From the IMG/VR virus record IMGVR_UViG_3300022601_000011: a stretch of 64,000 nucleotides of DNA; one strand, written 5' to 3'. The stretch is from a virus. Lineage: Duplodnaviria; Heunggongvirae; Uroviricota; Caudoviricetes. The position numbers and the translations under genes were made by a program. The notes beneath the pieces were generated by a model, which was not told the DNA's origin, searched no databases, and saw only the letters and a list, made by a program, of their open reading frames with translations. This document shows positions 24,580-38,500 of the stretch, piece by piece (positions within the stretch are counted from its first letter, which is position 1; every line of letters begins with the position of its first letter).

Positions 24580-27500
24580 TTAAGTTGTAGGAACGGTAAG
24601 TCCATAAGTTTCAGCAAATTCTCTAAGAGCACTTGCGATTTTTTCATCGACTTGTTGTTGTGTATAAACATTACTACTTAATGTTGTTACTGCGGTTGTT
24701 ACAAAAGCTGTAGTAGCAATCTACATTGTATCTGTACCTGCTGCAGCTGTTGGAGCCGTAGGTTCTCCTGTTAAAGCAGCACTTGCAAACATAGTAGCTT
24801 TACTTTCATTAGTAACATTTCCTAAACCAACTTGTTCTGCAGTAACATTATGAGGATTATCAGTATTTGTTTTATGAGCATTAATCTAGGCTTGTAATTT
24901 ACTTAATGCTTTATTTAACTAATCTGTTGCTGCAATAGCACTAACATCAGTACCTAATTCATATTCTGCTAATTTTAAAGTGCCAATATTTACTTTAGTG
25001 CCAGTTAAAGTTCCAGTTGTATCAACAAAAGCGAGAGAAGTAAGCACATTCGCCCCTTCAGTGCCTCCATTTTCACTATAAGAACCTTTGGGTATTGCTA
25101 ATGTATAAGTAGGATAGTCAATAATATGACCGGCCTCATCAATGGCATATCCCTATAAAGTTACTTTACTGCCAAATTCAGAAAATTCTATTTCCGTGTC
25201 TTTCTTCGGATAAGAACCAGCTGTACTTTGAGCAAGATGACCTACTGTAATAGTATTATTAGTATCATTTGCGGTAAGTCTAATCCATTTATTAGAAGCA
25301 TTAAAATTAACTGTATCAAAAGTTGTGTCTGCTTGAACAGTTACTGTAGAATCGTTAACTTCAGCGTTAGAGGAGTTATCAGAATTTATACCAACTGTAA
25401 TATTACGAATACTATTCGGTAGAGTCCAAGTCTTGGTGTCATGTGAAATAATATGTCCAGCATTGTCCCATTCTACAACCTAAGTAGTAAATTGATCTTT
25501 TTTATTAGCTTCTGTATCCATATCTTCTTCGCTAGTAGAAGAGCGGATATTATGTATTTCATGACTAATTGTTATAATATCATCCGTTGCGTTTTCATCT
25601 GTTCCTGCTAAACGAATCCATTTATTCCCAGTATTAAAAGTAAGATTGTCACTTAAACTATCTGCTTTAATAATATTCGCAGTAGCATATTCATCCATCG
25701 TGGCGCCAGCTTTTGTGTTTGTATCTTCAGTGGCATATTCTTCACTTAAATTATCTGATGCTTTTGCTATTGTAATAGTTTCAAAATTTTCTGGTAATGT
25801 TACAGTATTTGTTTCTGCATATACCATATGTCCAGCTTCATCGATTTCAAAATATGGAACATTAAATGTATTTGCAAGCTCTTGTCCATTGTCTTGATCT
25901 AATAATGTAACAGATTTGCTCTAAGGCAAACCATAACGCTGTACATTAGTATATTTACTATGTGCTTTACGAGCGCCATTTAATACACGAGGTGTATCAT
26001 TTTTAATATCTGATAACCTATGACCGAAAGTAAGAATATCGTCATTATTCTGATCAGTTAAACCAATACCAATCCATCTGTTGACAGTTTTTAGTGTTAA
26101 ATTATCTGCTAAAGAATCTGCAGTAATAATAGCATCATTTTCTAAAACATCTGCTTCTGTTGATGTACTTTCATTCTGTTTTATTACTGTAATAGTTTCA
26201 AAATTTTCTGGTAAAGTTACAATATGAGTTTCAGCTGCTACAACGTGTCCTGCTCTATCGACTTCAATATATGGAACATTAAAAGTATTCGCTACTTCAT
26301 TCGCTGCACCACTACCACCATTAAACTCCCCATCAAGATCTGTTACAGTTTTATCCTACGGTAAACCATAACGATAAACTGTAGGAATATCAGAACTTTT
26401 AGTTCTACGTTCACCATTTAAAGTTACAGTAGTATTTAAAGTAGGAATTATGGTATCATCTTCTGGATCAGTTGGAACTAATCTATGGCTAAAAGTAATT
26501 TTATCTTCTGCTGCACCCTCTGCATCATTAGTATTTTCAGTTGCAATATCAATCCATCGATTGCGTGGTGCAATATTTAAAGTATCTACGATAGATTCTG
26601 CAATTGAAATGCCAGCCTAATCAAGAGAAACAGATTCATTAGTATCAAGAATCTCTGTAGTTCTAACCTTCTTAAAACCATGAGGAATATTATAATTCTT
26701 AGTGCTCGCCGCAATTATATGACCAGCGTTATCTACAGTAATATATGGAATGGTTAAACGATTATCATTTTTATCTGCATCGTCTCCATCATAAATAATA
26801 GATGTATCACTATCTGGAATTAATGATAATTCAGTGCCAGAAACTCCTGCTTTAAAATTAGCAGTATTTACAGAACTATTTACATCTGCCTCAGGAGCCG
26901 TAATAACACTCATTGAACCGGGAGTATTTAATACTTCATAACTCAATCTTGTTACAAGAGGAGACTGAGTATGTTCAAATTCAATACTATCATCATTAGC
27001 ATCTGGGTGAAGCTTAATCCATTTATCACGAGTGGCCAATATAAGAGTATTGGGGTCATGATTTTGGTTATAGACAAGATTAGTGCCGTCATTGGTACGT
27101 TGATTATCAGACACCAATTCAGCTTGTAAATTCTTTAAAACCGCCGGCGCGTCACCGGTCGCGGCACCCGTCGTCTGGAATTCAACAACCTTGGGTATTT
27201 TTCTGTTCGCATTTGTAGAATTCTCTCGAACTTTTACAGAAGCAAAACGACTAACCCAAGAACCATCTCCAGCTAATAATTCATCTTTATCCCAATCTGC
27301 ACTTGGGAAATAAGTATCTGTGGTTTCAATTACACCAGTATCAGAGTTGGTATGAAGCATACGGCCAGGAGCTAAACGTAAATTAATATTAGATACAATA
27401 TCTTCAATACGATGCATTGCACCAATTAAAGTATTTTTATCTCTCGTGTCTACATCACCAGTACCAATTAATTTATGCAATTTAAGAATTAAACCATGGA

Positions 27501-29151
27501 TTGTATCTTCTGGGATCCCTTGTTCTAATTCTGTTAACACCCAACGATCTACGCGTCTATAGTAATGATCATAATTTGGCGATACAATTACACCATTCGC
27601 ATCTGTAGAATTATATAATTCTGGATTAGCATAAATATATTCTTCACCCATTTTAAAATAATATTCACCATCTGGGAGTTTTCCATCTTTTAGTTCAATA
27701 TTATCATCTTTAATAGATTTAAAAATAGGACTATAAGCAAAATAATAATAAGATTTAATTGGACCCTTGTCTTCTGCATCATAATATAATACATCTTTTG
27801 CGATATACTATAATTGAGTATCGGTGACTGTATCAACTTTTAACTTAGTATCAATAGCCAAACTACCAACTGTTTCAATATCTGTAACTTGATATTGATT
27901 ATTTGGATTATAAGTAGTATTGCCTTTACCCTCAGCTAAGTAATATATTATTTTACCTTCAACAGTTTCTGATTCTGCTAACTATTGAGCTACTGAAACA
28001 GGTAAAAATTCATGACCCATTAAATCTCTAACTCTATTTAAAGTACCATATAATGTTTCAGTATCATATGTTACTAAATTATTAAGAGAATCACTATCTT
28101 TTTGAGCAAGATTATGATAGCGGATGCCTTTAGGATTATATCCATAAATACTATCCCACAAAGAACAAATAGCATTTCCAATAACTGGTAATCTAAAATA
28201 CCATTCATAAGTATCAGGATAAGTTTTTCCTTCTTGATAAATAGGACCATCTTGATATCCATAACGTTTTTCACTACTAACTCTATCATAATTAATAGTG
28301 TTTAAACTTTTATCTCCTTCAACATAAGTGCGAAGTTTAGGATTAAAACCAGCTTTATTATAATAAATATCTGCATCATACTCATTAGATTTTTCAGACC
28401 AGGTTGGATTAGATTCATCTGTATAATCATAAGAAATATCATAACGAGTCATTTTCTCGTCTGAACGATCTTTTAAATTATTATCTTTAACAGCTTTTAC
28501 TCGATTGCCATAAGAAGAAGATAGATGCAAATAATAATCCATGGTCGTTGAATCTCGATCAAAATATGGTGCCACAGGAGTTTCAGTAGGATGATCGGCA
28601 ATTAATCTAAAGTTAGGTACTTTAGCATTTAATTCTGCTACTAAAACATATTTATATTTTCCATTATCAAATACTTTCTACCATACAGTAGAATCATAAC
28701 CACGACCGAATTCACGTACATCTAATGTATGACTAACAGCATATGGAGAGATAGATACTGCATCTATTGCATCACCTGTGCCGTCGGTAATTTTTATAGA
28801 AATAGGCTCAAATTGAGCAGGAGAATTTTCTTCATAAAATCCTTTTGGACGATAATAGAAAAACCGTGGTTGGTCTACAGGATAATCTTCGTTAGCTACT
28901 TCATAAATAATATTAAATTTTGGGTTTAAAATTTTATGGGGCAGCAATAAACTTTTATCATTGTAAAACCATTTATCTGTACTGTTGTAATAAGCGAGCA
29001 CAGCAGTTTCATCATAATCAACTAAAACATAACGACCTAAAAATACACCATCATCATTTGCATGATTTACCATAGTCAAACGAGAATGATAGATTAAATC
29101 AAAAGTGAAGGCTGTTTTATTAGAGTTCTATATATTACCATAAAATCCCAT
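24580..29151 (-). CDS. long tail fibre protein with internal repeats (~1,523 aa, code 15)
   Basis: MGFYGNI*NS...; four supplied ORFs in frame; repeats FxVPYxExDxAGH...LPENFETI; C-terminal NPHNVTAEQVGLGNV and ALTGEPTAPTAAAG...*IATTAFV motifs. Confidence 0.75.
25771..26292. repeat. coding direct repeat, 417-nt period
   Basis: tgtaatagtttcaaaattttctggtaa...atatggaacattaaa at 25771 and 26188; more degenerate copies flank it. Confidence 0.75.
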
Positions 29152-29153
29152 AA

Positions 29154-29492
29154 TTAGCCCTCCTTATCTGAAATAAAATCAATAATTAAATAAAAATTAT
29201 TGCTTGGGTCTTTAATTAAATTTAAAGTTTCAGCAGCAAAACTAACATCAGTAATTTGAGCTAAACCATCAATATTTAACTCATAAATACCTGTTACTCC
29301 TATGATAACAGGAATTTTATCTTTATTAAGAGTTAATTTTGCTCCTGGCACAGTCTAAATACCTAATTGAGTAATCGGATAATAATCTTTTAGAGCATTA
29401 CCATTATACAAATGCACTGAACCTAACCCAGCAGGAAAATTACGAGGATCTTTTTCTCCATAATATCTAAGCTGTCCTACAGTTTTAGCCAT
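29154..29492 (-). CDS. small structural protein (112 aa, code 15)
   Basis: MAKTVGQLRYYG...QLGI*TVPGAK...IIGVTGIYEL; SD present; ends TAA. Confidence 0.75.
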
Positions 29493-29506
29493 ACTCCTTT
29501 TCCTCC

Positions 29507-31993
29507 TTATAAGATATTTTCTTCTGCTTTCGTCGCATTAATAGACATCATGCCATCATGCGCAAGCTATAAAGAAAATGATTTAATTATATATTCTCCA
29601 TTAATTCCTGATGAAGCATCAAATACACGAATACGTCTATTCGGCTCAAGATAATATACAGGAACTACATTTACAGTAATACTTTCTTGATAGTAAGTAT
29701 GATTATAAATTTTTTCATTCATAGTTTCTTCTGCGCTTTTACCTTGAAAACTCATAACAAAATAATTTGCCATACCAACAGATAAGTTTAATTTTTCATA
29801 ACTCATATTAGTAGGTCTATATGTTTCTTCATCATAAGGATTTGTAAATAACACATTTGGAGTCTCTCTAAAAAATATCGCTTTTATATTGGTATCTTTA
29901 ACGGTATTAGTCCGTCTACCTATTAATTCTACTGAATACTTGCCGAGATAAGACTCTGTATCTTGGAAATCAATCCAAAAAACAATTGCTTCTGGCTAAT
30001 TCATAAATAGATAATAATAAGTATACATAGATTCATCTGCTTTTTTCATAGACTATTCAGCAATAGAAAAATAATCTGGATGCCATCCTACGAAATATTT
30101 TTCTGTCTCGTGATCTATAAACTAACCATAATTACCTAAACTATAAATACGAGGCCAATATTCAAGCATATCATAAAAATAAGTCATATAATTACTAATG
30201 TCAATATGATTATCTTGTTCCCAAATTATATAATTCTACTTAATAATTTCTGTTTCATTTAACCACTATAATTCATTTAATTTATCTTGTTTATATACTG
30301 CAGTATCTGTTAAAGTCTATATCCAATCAGGTAATTTAACACCATTCTATTCACGAATTTTTTCATCGGTAATAGTATCTGCATATATATCACATAAATT
30401 ACTTAAAGCCTATAATTCTTTTTTATAAGCCTCAATATCAGTTTTCTAATCTGTTAATTTTTTTTCAAGAATATCATATTTTTCTATATTTTTTAAATAT
30501 GTATCTCGTTTCATATAATCTAATGCCATTTTATAAATTAATTCACGCCAATCAGTATAAATAGCATCTTTATTATAATCTGACCAAGTAGGGGTACCAA
30601 AAGGATGTGTAGTGTAATAAGAATTATCATACCATTCTTTTTTAACCTATACTTTTTCTCCATTACGAGTTTCTTCATAAGTTAAAGATGGTGCTTTTCC
30701 TTCAGGAAACACAGGTAAAAAATGAGTGTCTTGACATTGCTATTCAGTCATTGCATAATACCATAAACCATCAATTAAAGAAAAATATTTATCAGGTTTT
30801 ACATCAATAGCATAACGCATATGAATAGGTATTGTTACACCGCTGGAAGCAACTCTTTCGCCCCAAATAGTAAAATCATTTTTAATCATATTTACTTGAG
30901 GTTTATTGGCAAAAGATTCAACTAATTGACCACTTGTAAACTCATACATATTTGCAGACGAATTAGCAAGAGTATCATAATAAATTTCAGAATCTGCCGT
31001 TTTCATCTAATTTGTCCAAGTAATATTTGCGTAAATTTTCTTGCGCTAAAAAACAAATCTGCCGTCTAAATCATAAAAATATTCAAATTCACCGAGCATG
31101 CCTGCGACTTTATCTAACATAGAAGTTATAGAACTTCCTGCTGCGCAAATTAAATCACCTGCATATGTAAGATCAGTTAATTGATAACCAGCAGTATCAT
31201 TAAAGCCTACAGTTTTAATTAATTTATACCATTTACCATTATATTCAAAATCTTGTCCATCTAAATATTTCGCTAGTTCAGTCGCCAAACTAGAATGACC
31301 TTCAAATGTCATATTGGTAATATAATCATCTGCACCTTCTGTCTTATAAACATTATAAATAAATAATTTAATATTTTTTGCTTTATATGCTAAAAGCATA
31401 ACGGAACAATCTTCTAAATCATTTATAATAATTTTTTCATAAGGTTCTTTGGCATATACATGTACTGCTTCTCGAACTATATCATAAATTAAAATATCTT
31501 CAGTTTCAATAATTGCATTACCATTTTCATCATAGCCAGTTAACGTATCAATTTTTCCAAAATCGTGGTCGGCAGGAATATTTCCACCGATTGAGCCATC
31601 GAGTAGACACATTTTATCTTTACCCTAAATTTGAATAGTATAACCTTGAGTATTTAAAGTTTGGCTATATGAAGTAATAACATAGATACCTTGAGGAAAC
31701 CAAATAATATCATCGTAATCAGAATTAACAAAATTCTTTAATCCAATAAAAACTTGAAATTTAGTTTCTAATGCCCAATATAATTCATTAATACGAGGAG
31801 TGTCTGTTATCATAGTCAGACTGCAAGTTCGACGTAGAGCGGAGGATCCATCTACATTAATGGATCCTCCTGTAATATAACCTTCAATTTCTTCTCTTGG
31901 ACTTTCATCCCAACTTAAAGAAACAATTTTAGCAAATACTTCACGTTGAGGCCATTCATCAAGTTGTTTTAAGAAATGATTATCATATATCAT
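29507..31993 (-). CDS. putative tail hub/tail-tip protein, DUF5048-like C-terminus (828 aa, code 15)
   Basis: GSINVDGSSALRRTCSL, WFPQGIYVIT, I*GKDKMCLLDG, VPVYYLEPN..I.V.D..SGI.GEY; four ORFs in frame; ATGA overlap with the upstream gene. Confidence 0.65.
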
Positions 31994-34900
31994 ACTAAGT
32001 CAGCCTCCTCATGTTCTTTATATGCTTCAAGTTCTGCAACAAAAATTGCATAAGTTTCATCACGTCTTGCTTTTAAATCAGCAATATTATAATTGGGTTC
32101 TATAATACTATAATTAGGAGCTTCTCCAACTTGAGAAGAATAATAATAAATTGGGACAGAACGATTCTTATATTCGGGTCTGTCTATATCTTCGATTAGT
32201 CTTAAATCAACTTCTTCTGTGTCAAAATAATAACAAGGACTAACGGTTTCTAGAACAGTATTTCGAGATGGTTCAGTCTAATTAGTAGCCTAAATCATTT
32301 TTAATACACCAGTTCTATATGCTTCTTCTGCCTCTAACCATTGCAATTTACTGTCATTAACTTTAGGATCACTAAGATATTGTTCATAATAATAACTAAT
32401 CATTCGATATTGTAAACCAATTTCGGCATATACACCACTGCCAATACTAATATCATCTGGAACATAATCCAAATCTGGAATATAATATTCATCAATATCA
32501 GCAACGTTAATTATAGACTTATGATATTTTACTGTAGTATCATAATTTTCTAATTGAATTAAACTAGTTCCATTTTCGGTCTCACCCAACATATAATATG
32601 TATATTTCCAATCAATTAAGCCGTCAGATAAATTAGGTTCTTTCCCTTCAGGAGAATTATCTTTATTAACTTCTTTCGTATAATATACATAATATGGAGT
32701 TAAAGAATTCCACAAACCTTCCGCATATCTTTCTGCATATTTTGCTTGAGCAGAAGTTAACAAAATTAAATCTTTTCCCGCATAAGTCTGTATAACATTA
32801 CCTTCTTCATCTATCCGGCTACCAAATTCATCAGTAAATTGAGTCTATCCAGGCCCAACAGGAACCAAATAATGGCCATTATAATAATATAAATAATATA
32901 CTTTTAAAGTCTGTGGCTCAACTACAATTGGATCTTTATTTGTATCATATTCTTGAGTAGGTGTTGTTATAATATCTTCAGTATAATAATATACTTTATT
33001 TTTTGCATCAGGTTTTGAAAATAATTCTATTACTGCATTTAAAGTTTCAATAGTAGTATCAAGAGGTAATACTAATTCTTCTAAATGCCGTGCGACGAAA
33101 CGAGCATAATAAACACGCTAAACTTCTAAGCGAATATCGTTCCATTCTGCCAATAGATTTTCTTGCGGGCCAAAGAATTGTCTGCAAGGAACGTCTCTTA
33201 CTTTTACAGAAGTAACTGTATCAAAAGTATTAGTGGCTGTAGACATAGTACCATATGTAATAGTACCATTCATTCCCTCATACACAGATTCAGGAACCGC
33301 CGATTCATTTGACTCATCTACATTAATAGAACTTACTCGCAAATTATACATTGGCTCTTCATAAAAAGCTTCATAATAACCTGTCGCGCCAATTAAAATT
33401 TCTTGATGCCCCAATAAAAGTTTAGTGCCAGACGGAACATCTTCAACTTTAATATAATAAATAGGTTTACCTTCTGCTAAATCATGAGTGCCATTTCGTA
33501 TATCTCTACGAGCCTACTGTACTAATTCATTGCGACCTACACCTTTATAATTAGGATCTTTTGAAAGAAGAGTAATACGTTCATTTAACCACTAAGCAAG
33601 ATTAATAGAACGCCATCTCATTTCAGGTACAGGCTCAAGAACAGTTTGAATTAAATTATATTTAGTCAGATTTTCTGTATTAAAATCTGCAATTTCACTA
33701 GCCTAGCAGGTAAAAGTATGAAGCATACGACTTAAAGAATCATTTGGAGCTAAAGTCGTATTCATTAAACGAACAATATAATTACCTTCTTGCGGGGACC
33801 TAAAAAGTTTTACTTCTCCATTATTAAGCCAATCTAATACTGCTAATTTAAATTGTCGCTCAAGATAAATATTGGCGTCAATAATATCGGTAGTATTTTC
33901 CCAGCCACCAAATCCTATTTCATCTTTCTTAAAAAAGAATTCATCATTATCCATAAAATAAGTAACTAAACCCGAAATAGAAAATTCTTTATATTCAACA
34001 TTACCGTTTCTAAAAAAGGTAGGAAATTTTCCGCCAATTGTATTCTTTTTAGAATCTAATAATGTAGTTTTAAAAGAAGCAATTTTAGGATTATAACGAA
34101 TTCTTAATTGCCGTTTGCCGTCAAATAAAAATGCATCTTCAAAAGCAACATAAATATCTTCTGCTAAAATTCGGCGAGAATAAATACCATAATCATTGTA
34201 TTGCTATAATGAATATCGATAAGTTTCTCCCTACTCAACAGTAAAATCATGAAAGACAAAATTTGAAGGGAATTCACCTGTTAATTTAAAATTTAATACA
34301 TCTACCCAAGATGTAAAATTATCAGAAGAAGATGAACGCTAAATTAAGAAAGTACCTGTTGCTACTTCTTCTTTGCCGTCCTCATCAATTAAATCACCTA
34401 ATAAAGTAATTGTTACTGAACCATTATCATAATCAGTCGTTGTAAAAATTTTAGCTTTAAGCTATGGTTCAATTGAATCTGATTGGCAAATCATATAACG
34501 AGGTGAATGTAATTCTAAATTATTATTTGTAATAATACAATATTGAATTCTGTAAGTTTTAGTTAATTCAAGAGCAGTTTTGAGAACATAAGTATCTCGT
34601 GATTGACCAGCCTGTTCATCTTCATAACTATTATGAATACGCCAACCAGAATTTTCAATAATCGCTCCTGCATCATTATATAATAAAAACTTATATTGAT
34701 ATACAATTTCAGTTGGATCTTCTTGATTAAAATATTCACCAACATACGCCGTCATATCTAAATTAGTATATGAAATAGATAAATCGGCAATACGAACTGT
34801 TGGTTTACCTGTATATTTAATAATACTTAGAGAAGAATAATACCCAATAACTCCTTCACTATCAACATAAGCAATCTATACTTTATAATAATTGCCGACT

Positions 34901-35166
34901 CGTAGTTGAGGAATATATGCAGTTGGTATTTGAGTTGTTAATACTGGATTAATATCATCAAGTGTTGCCGCACCTCTACTTTCAGGCCAATCAGCAATTA
35001 CTCTATCAGTCGAAGTTGTTTTAATTCTTACTCTAAAACTACTAATTGCGCGTGCCGCTACCGTCTTATTCATAGAAAAGGGGATTGTCAAAGTGACAAT
35101 CCCCTCTGGATAATTATAACAAGATGGTAATGTGCCCGCCACGCTAGGTGGATATAAACGAGCCAT
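31990..35166 (-). CDS. putative distal tail/baseplate protein (1,058 aa, code 15)
   Basis: Five ORFs in one frame; FFRNGNVEYKEFSISG and LDWLNNGEVKLFRSPQEGNYIVRL motifs; ends TGA at 31990. Confidence 0.6.
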
Positions 35167-35167
35167 A

Positions 35168-35554
35168 TTATTCCTCCTCGTTAATAATTAAAGTTAATCC
35201 TTTCACTTGAGCAGGAGTAAAATCCATATTCTCAATTAAACTTACTGGAATTAAATGCAAATTTACATCTACTGTAAAACTGTCAAGTTCTTTACGAGCT
35301 TCCATGCATTCATCTAGTAATTCTGGAATAATTTGAAAAGTATTCGCAGAACTTTGAATAAAATTTCCTTGTTCATCTTTCTGCAAATATTTCGTTGCAA
35401 ATTCTTGCTCTTGACGAATATAAAATTCTTCTTCTTTTTCAAGCATTTCAATATTCTTAGCAATAATTAAACTAAGTTTAAATGACATCTTCATTTCTTG
35501 AAGCTCTTTAAGAGCCTCAAGAATAGATGAAAGTTGCATATAAGTTAAAGTCAT
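35168..35554 (-). CDS. small helical phage protein (possibly DUF1617-like)
   Basis: Intact 128-aa ORF with SD; MSFKLSLIIAKN...Y..KDE.G pattern. Confidence 0.6.
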   Translation of the reverse strand: MTLTYMQLSSILEALKELQEMKMSFKLSLIIAKNIEMLEKEEEFYIRQEQEFATKYLQKDEQGNFIQSSANTFQIIPELLDECMEARKELDSFTVDVNLHLIPVSLIENMDFTPAQVKGLTLIINEEE

Positions 35555-35581
35555 ATCCTTTTTCTCCTTTATAATATATTA

Positions 35582-38500
35582 TTAAGCTCCGCGAGCATCA
35601 GCGAGTCCATCGGAATACCCTAAACTATAGCCAGCTTTTTTTCCTGCTTCGTAGCCTGTCTCATAACCTTTATTATATCCATTACCATAATCTGGGCAAT
35701 CATAAGTCTATTTTTCAACCAATGTAGTTCCATCTTCGGCCAGTATCGCAGAAACAGTAATATTACGATATCTTTCAGTATATCCTCCATTGAGACCGCC
35801 TTTATCAAGTTTACCTCCTGAAGCATATGCATGTTTCCTGAAAAAAGCGGTACTGGCCATATTAAAAGAATCAGAGCCCTCACCATTCATTGAAGTATTG
35901 CTTAAAGAAACTTTAATTGTAATCTCGCCATTAGATTCAGAACATGTTACAGTGGGAGTATGTTTATGTATAAGCGATGCGACAGGAGCGAGGGTTAAAG
36001 TCGCTCCATTTTTTCGAATTAATACTAATTGTTTTCCATATCCTCCGCCAGTCATATTAAATTTAGCACTAACAAAAGTCTATTTCAATGCTTCATTTGC
36101 AGTGTTTGCCGCCTAATGAGCTCTGCTCGCAGCGTCTTTTGCTTTCTTATAAGCTGTAGATGCCAAATTGTTTACTGCAACAATTTTATTCCACAAAGGC
36201 TATCTAATATTATCTTCTGCCCATCGCTAAGTTGCAGCTGCATCGCCATTAATAAATATTGAGGTACCAGCATATATATAATCCCATGGATTTGCATATG
36301 TGCCAAGTGAAGCAAATCTATTCGCTAATCGTGCCATTGTTGGAGCAAGGAAAATATAAAATTTAGTTGTATTATATTCTTCCGTAGTGTCGCCAGTGGA
36401 TTCATCAGTTTTAACAATATAAGAATTTCCTTCTCCTGTTTGTAAGGACATTCCTAATGAATAACCTTTTTGTTCTTCAAGAAGAGACCAAGTGTGTAAC
36501 TATTCAAATTTTACTTTACTATTGGCCATAAAATGTCCTATTTGAAAAGTTTGTCCTGTCTCTCCTGATAAAGTTGAAGTGTCACCCTTTATTGCAATAT
36601 CCTCTGTTTTGCCAATATTTCCAGAAGCATTATCAGTATTAAATAATTCAAATGTTGCACTTGTAATGCCAATATTATAAGTAAAATCTAATTTAGATTG
36701 TTCTTTACTAGATTCATCGACAACAGTATGCTCTACAGATGATATAATTAATTTAGTAATAATTTTTGGTGTTGTTTTAGTGATTGCAATTTTCTCATCT
36801 TTATTTTTAAGTTCATCAATTGTTTTCCAAGAAGTAGAATTTACATCAATCGATTCATTTTCTGCAACAATATTATACTACATTTCAATAGCTTTTAATT
36901 TTAAATAACATTGCTCTACTTTCCCATTATAATAAATTTCTTCATTAACTTTTTCTCCAAGACAAATTGCATCAGTTTCTAACGGAAAAGATTTTCCTTC
37001 CATAGGCTATATCGTAAAAATTTGTTTCACCCATAAGAATTTTTTAGGATTTCCTCTTACTGCAATATTATTTAATGAGTTTCCAATATAATCCTAAACC
37101 CAAGCTGTAGGAGAAATAGTTTCGTTATCACTTTCTCCATACTAATATTCTACGGCTGTAACAGCATATTTCTCAGAAATTACAAACTAATCTTCATCTA
37201 CATTACCGTTACTAATTAACGTCATTTTAAAGTTAAAAGAATCTGCTTTGCTATTATCTAAGGTTCTAATAGAGGTAGTACTTAATAAATTAGCATAAGA
37301 AGTATTATCACTCTATCCAATCATCTAATAGCCCGCCAAATTAACTTGACCTTGCATTTGACCTGCAGAGTTAATAACTCCAAATGTCGCGGTTCCTTCA
37401 ACACCATTCAATTCAACCGCAGGAACAGATATAATATTTCCCTAATCATCAACAATTTCACTTGTTTTAGCAGAAGTTAAAGTGTCTGCACCAATAATCC
37501 AACCACCGATGCGACCAGACTGGCTAAATAAATATCCATCTGCAGTTACACCAAAATTCATTACACCTTTATTAGCATAATTAAATCGATTCTAATTTAA
37601 TCGTCCAGCAGACATTAAATATTGTTGATATTTACTCTCTTTAGTAAAAGCTTCTAATGCAGCACTCTACTCATTATTCTCTTCTGTATTTAATTCATCT
37701 AAAGATTTTTTATACTATTTTTCTAGCTCCTAAGCATCTTTAATTGTACCAGTCATTTTAATTTTCTTTAAATCTTCTTCATACTATTTAGTTAATTCTT
37801 CTCGTTTTTTATCATAAGTATTTTTTATTGATTTATAAGTATCTTCTTTTTCTTTTTCGTATTCTTCACGATACATAATACAATAAGGATTTCTAGTCCA
37901 ATTTCCAAAATATATTGTATCATAAAAATTTTCTTTTGTCAAGCCCTATTCTGAATACCATGATAAACCACCTTTATCAATAAGCCAGTCACCAATATAA
38001 CCGTATCTGGCAATAATACCACCAGTAGTTAATACACCACGAGTAGGGTCAACAATGAAATAATCTTTATCATTTTCTTCGTAAACATACTGATCAAATT
38101 CATCTGTAATATAATTACCATCAGCATCGACTTTGCGTTTTTTCTTAAAAAATTTATTAACCCAAGACTAATCTAATCCCACTTCTGCATCTTTTGCTCT
38201 ATCAGTTTCACAATATAAGAAATATTGACTATCACTATTTAAAACAGAATTAGGATTACCAACTCTAGCAGGATTAAGATTAATATAACAAGAGGGAGTT
38301 CCAAATTCATTTTTTAATGCGCTGGCAATCATGGCATTTCGGCCATCAAATCGAATCTAACCTGCGCCAGCAGCACCAATAAATCCAGAACCATCTTTCA
38401 AAAATCCAAAAGTCTCTTGACCATTTTCAAAACCATAAATACCAGCAATATCAACAGACTCATCACCATATGCTGACCAATCACCCATCATAATACCAGT

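Noticed and set aside
2080..29151. DGR, CRISPR array or invertible fibre cassette
   Set aside because: No reverse transcriptase, recombinase, adenine-specific repeat pair or repeat-spacer array was seen; repeats are coding with codon-multiple periods. A DGR template outside the window cannot be excluded.
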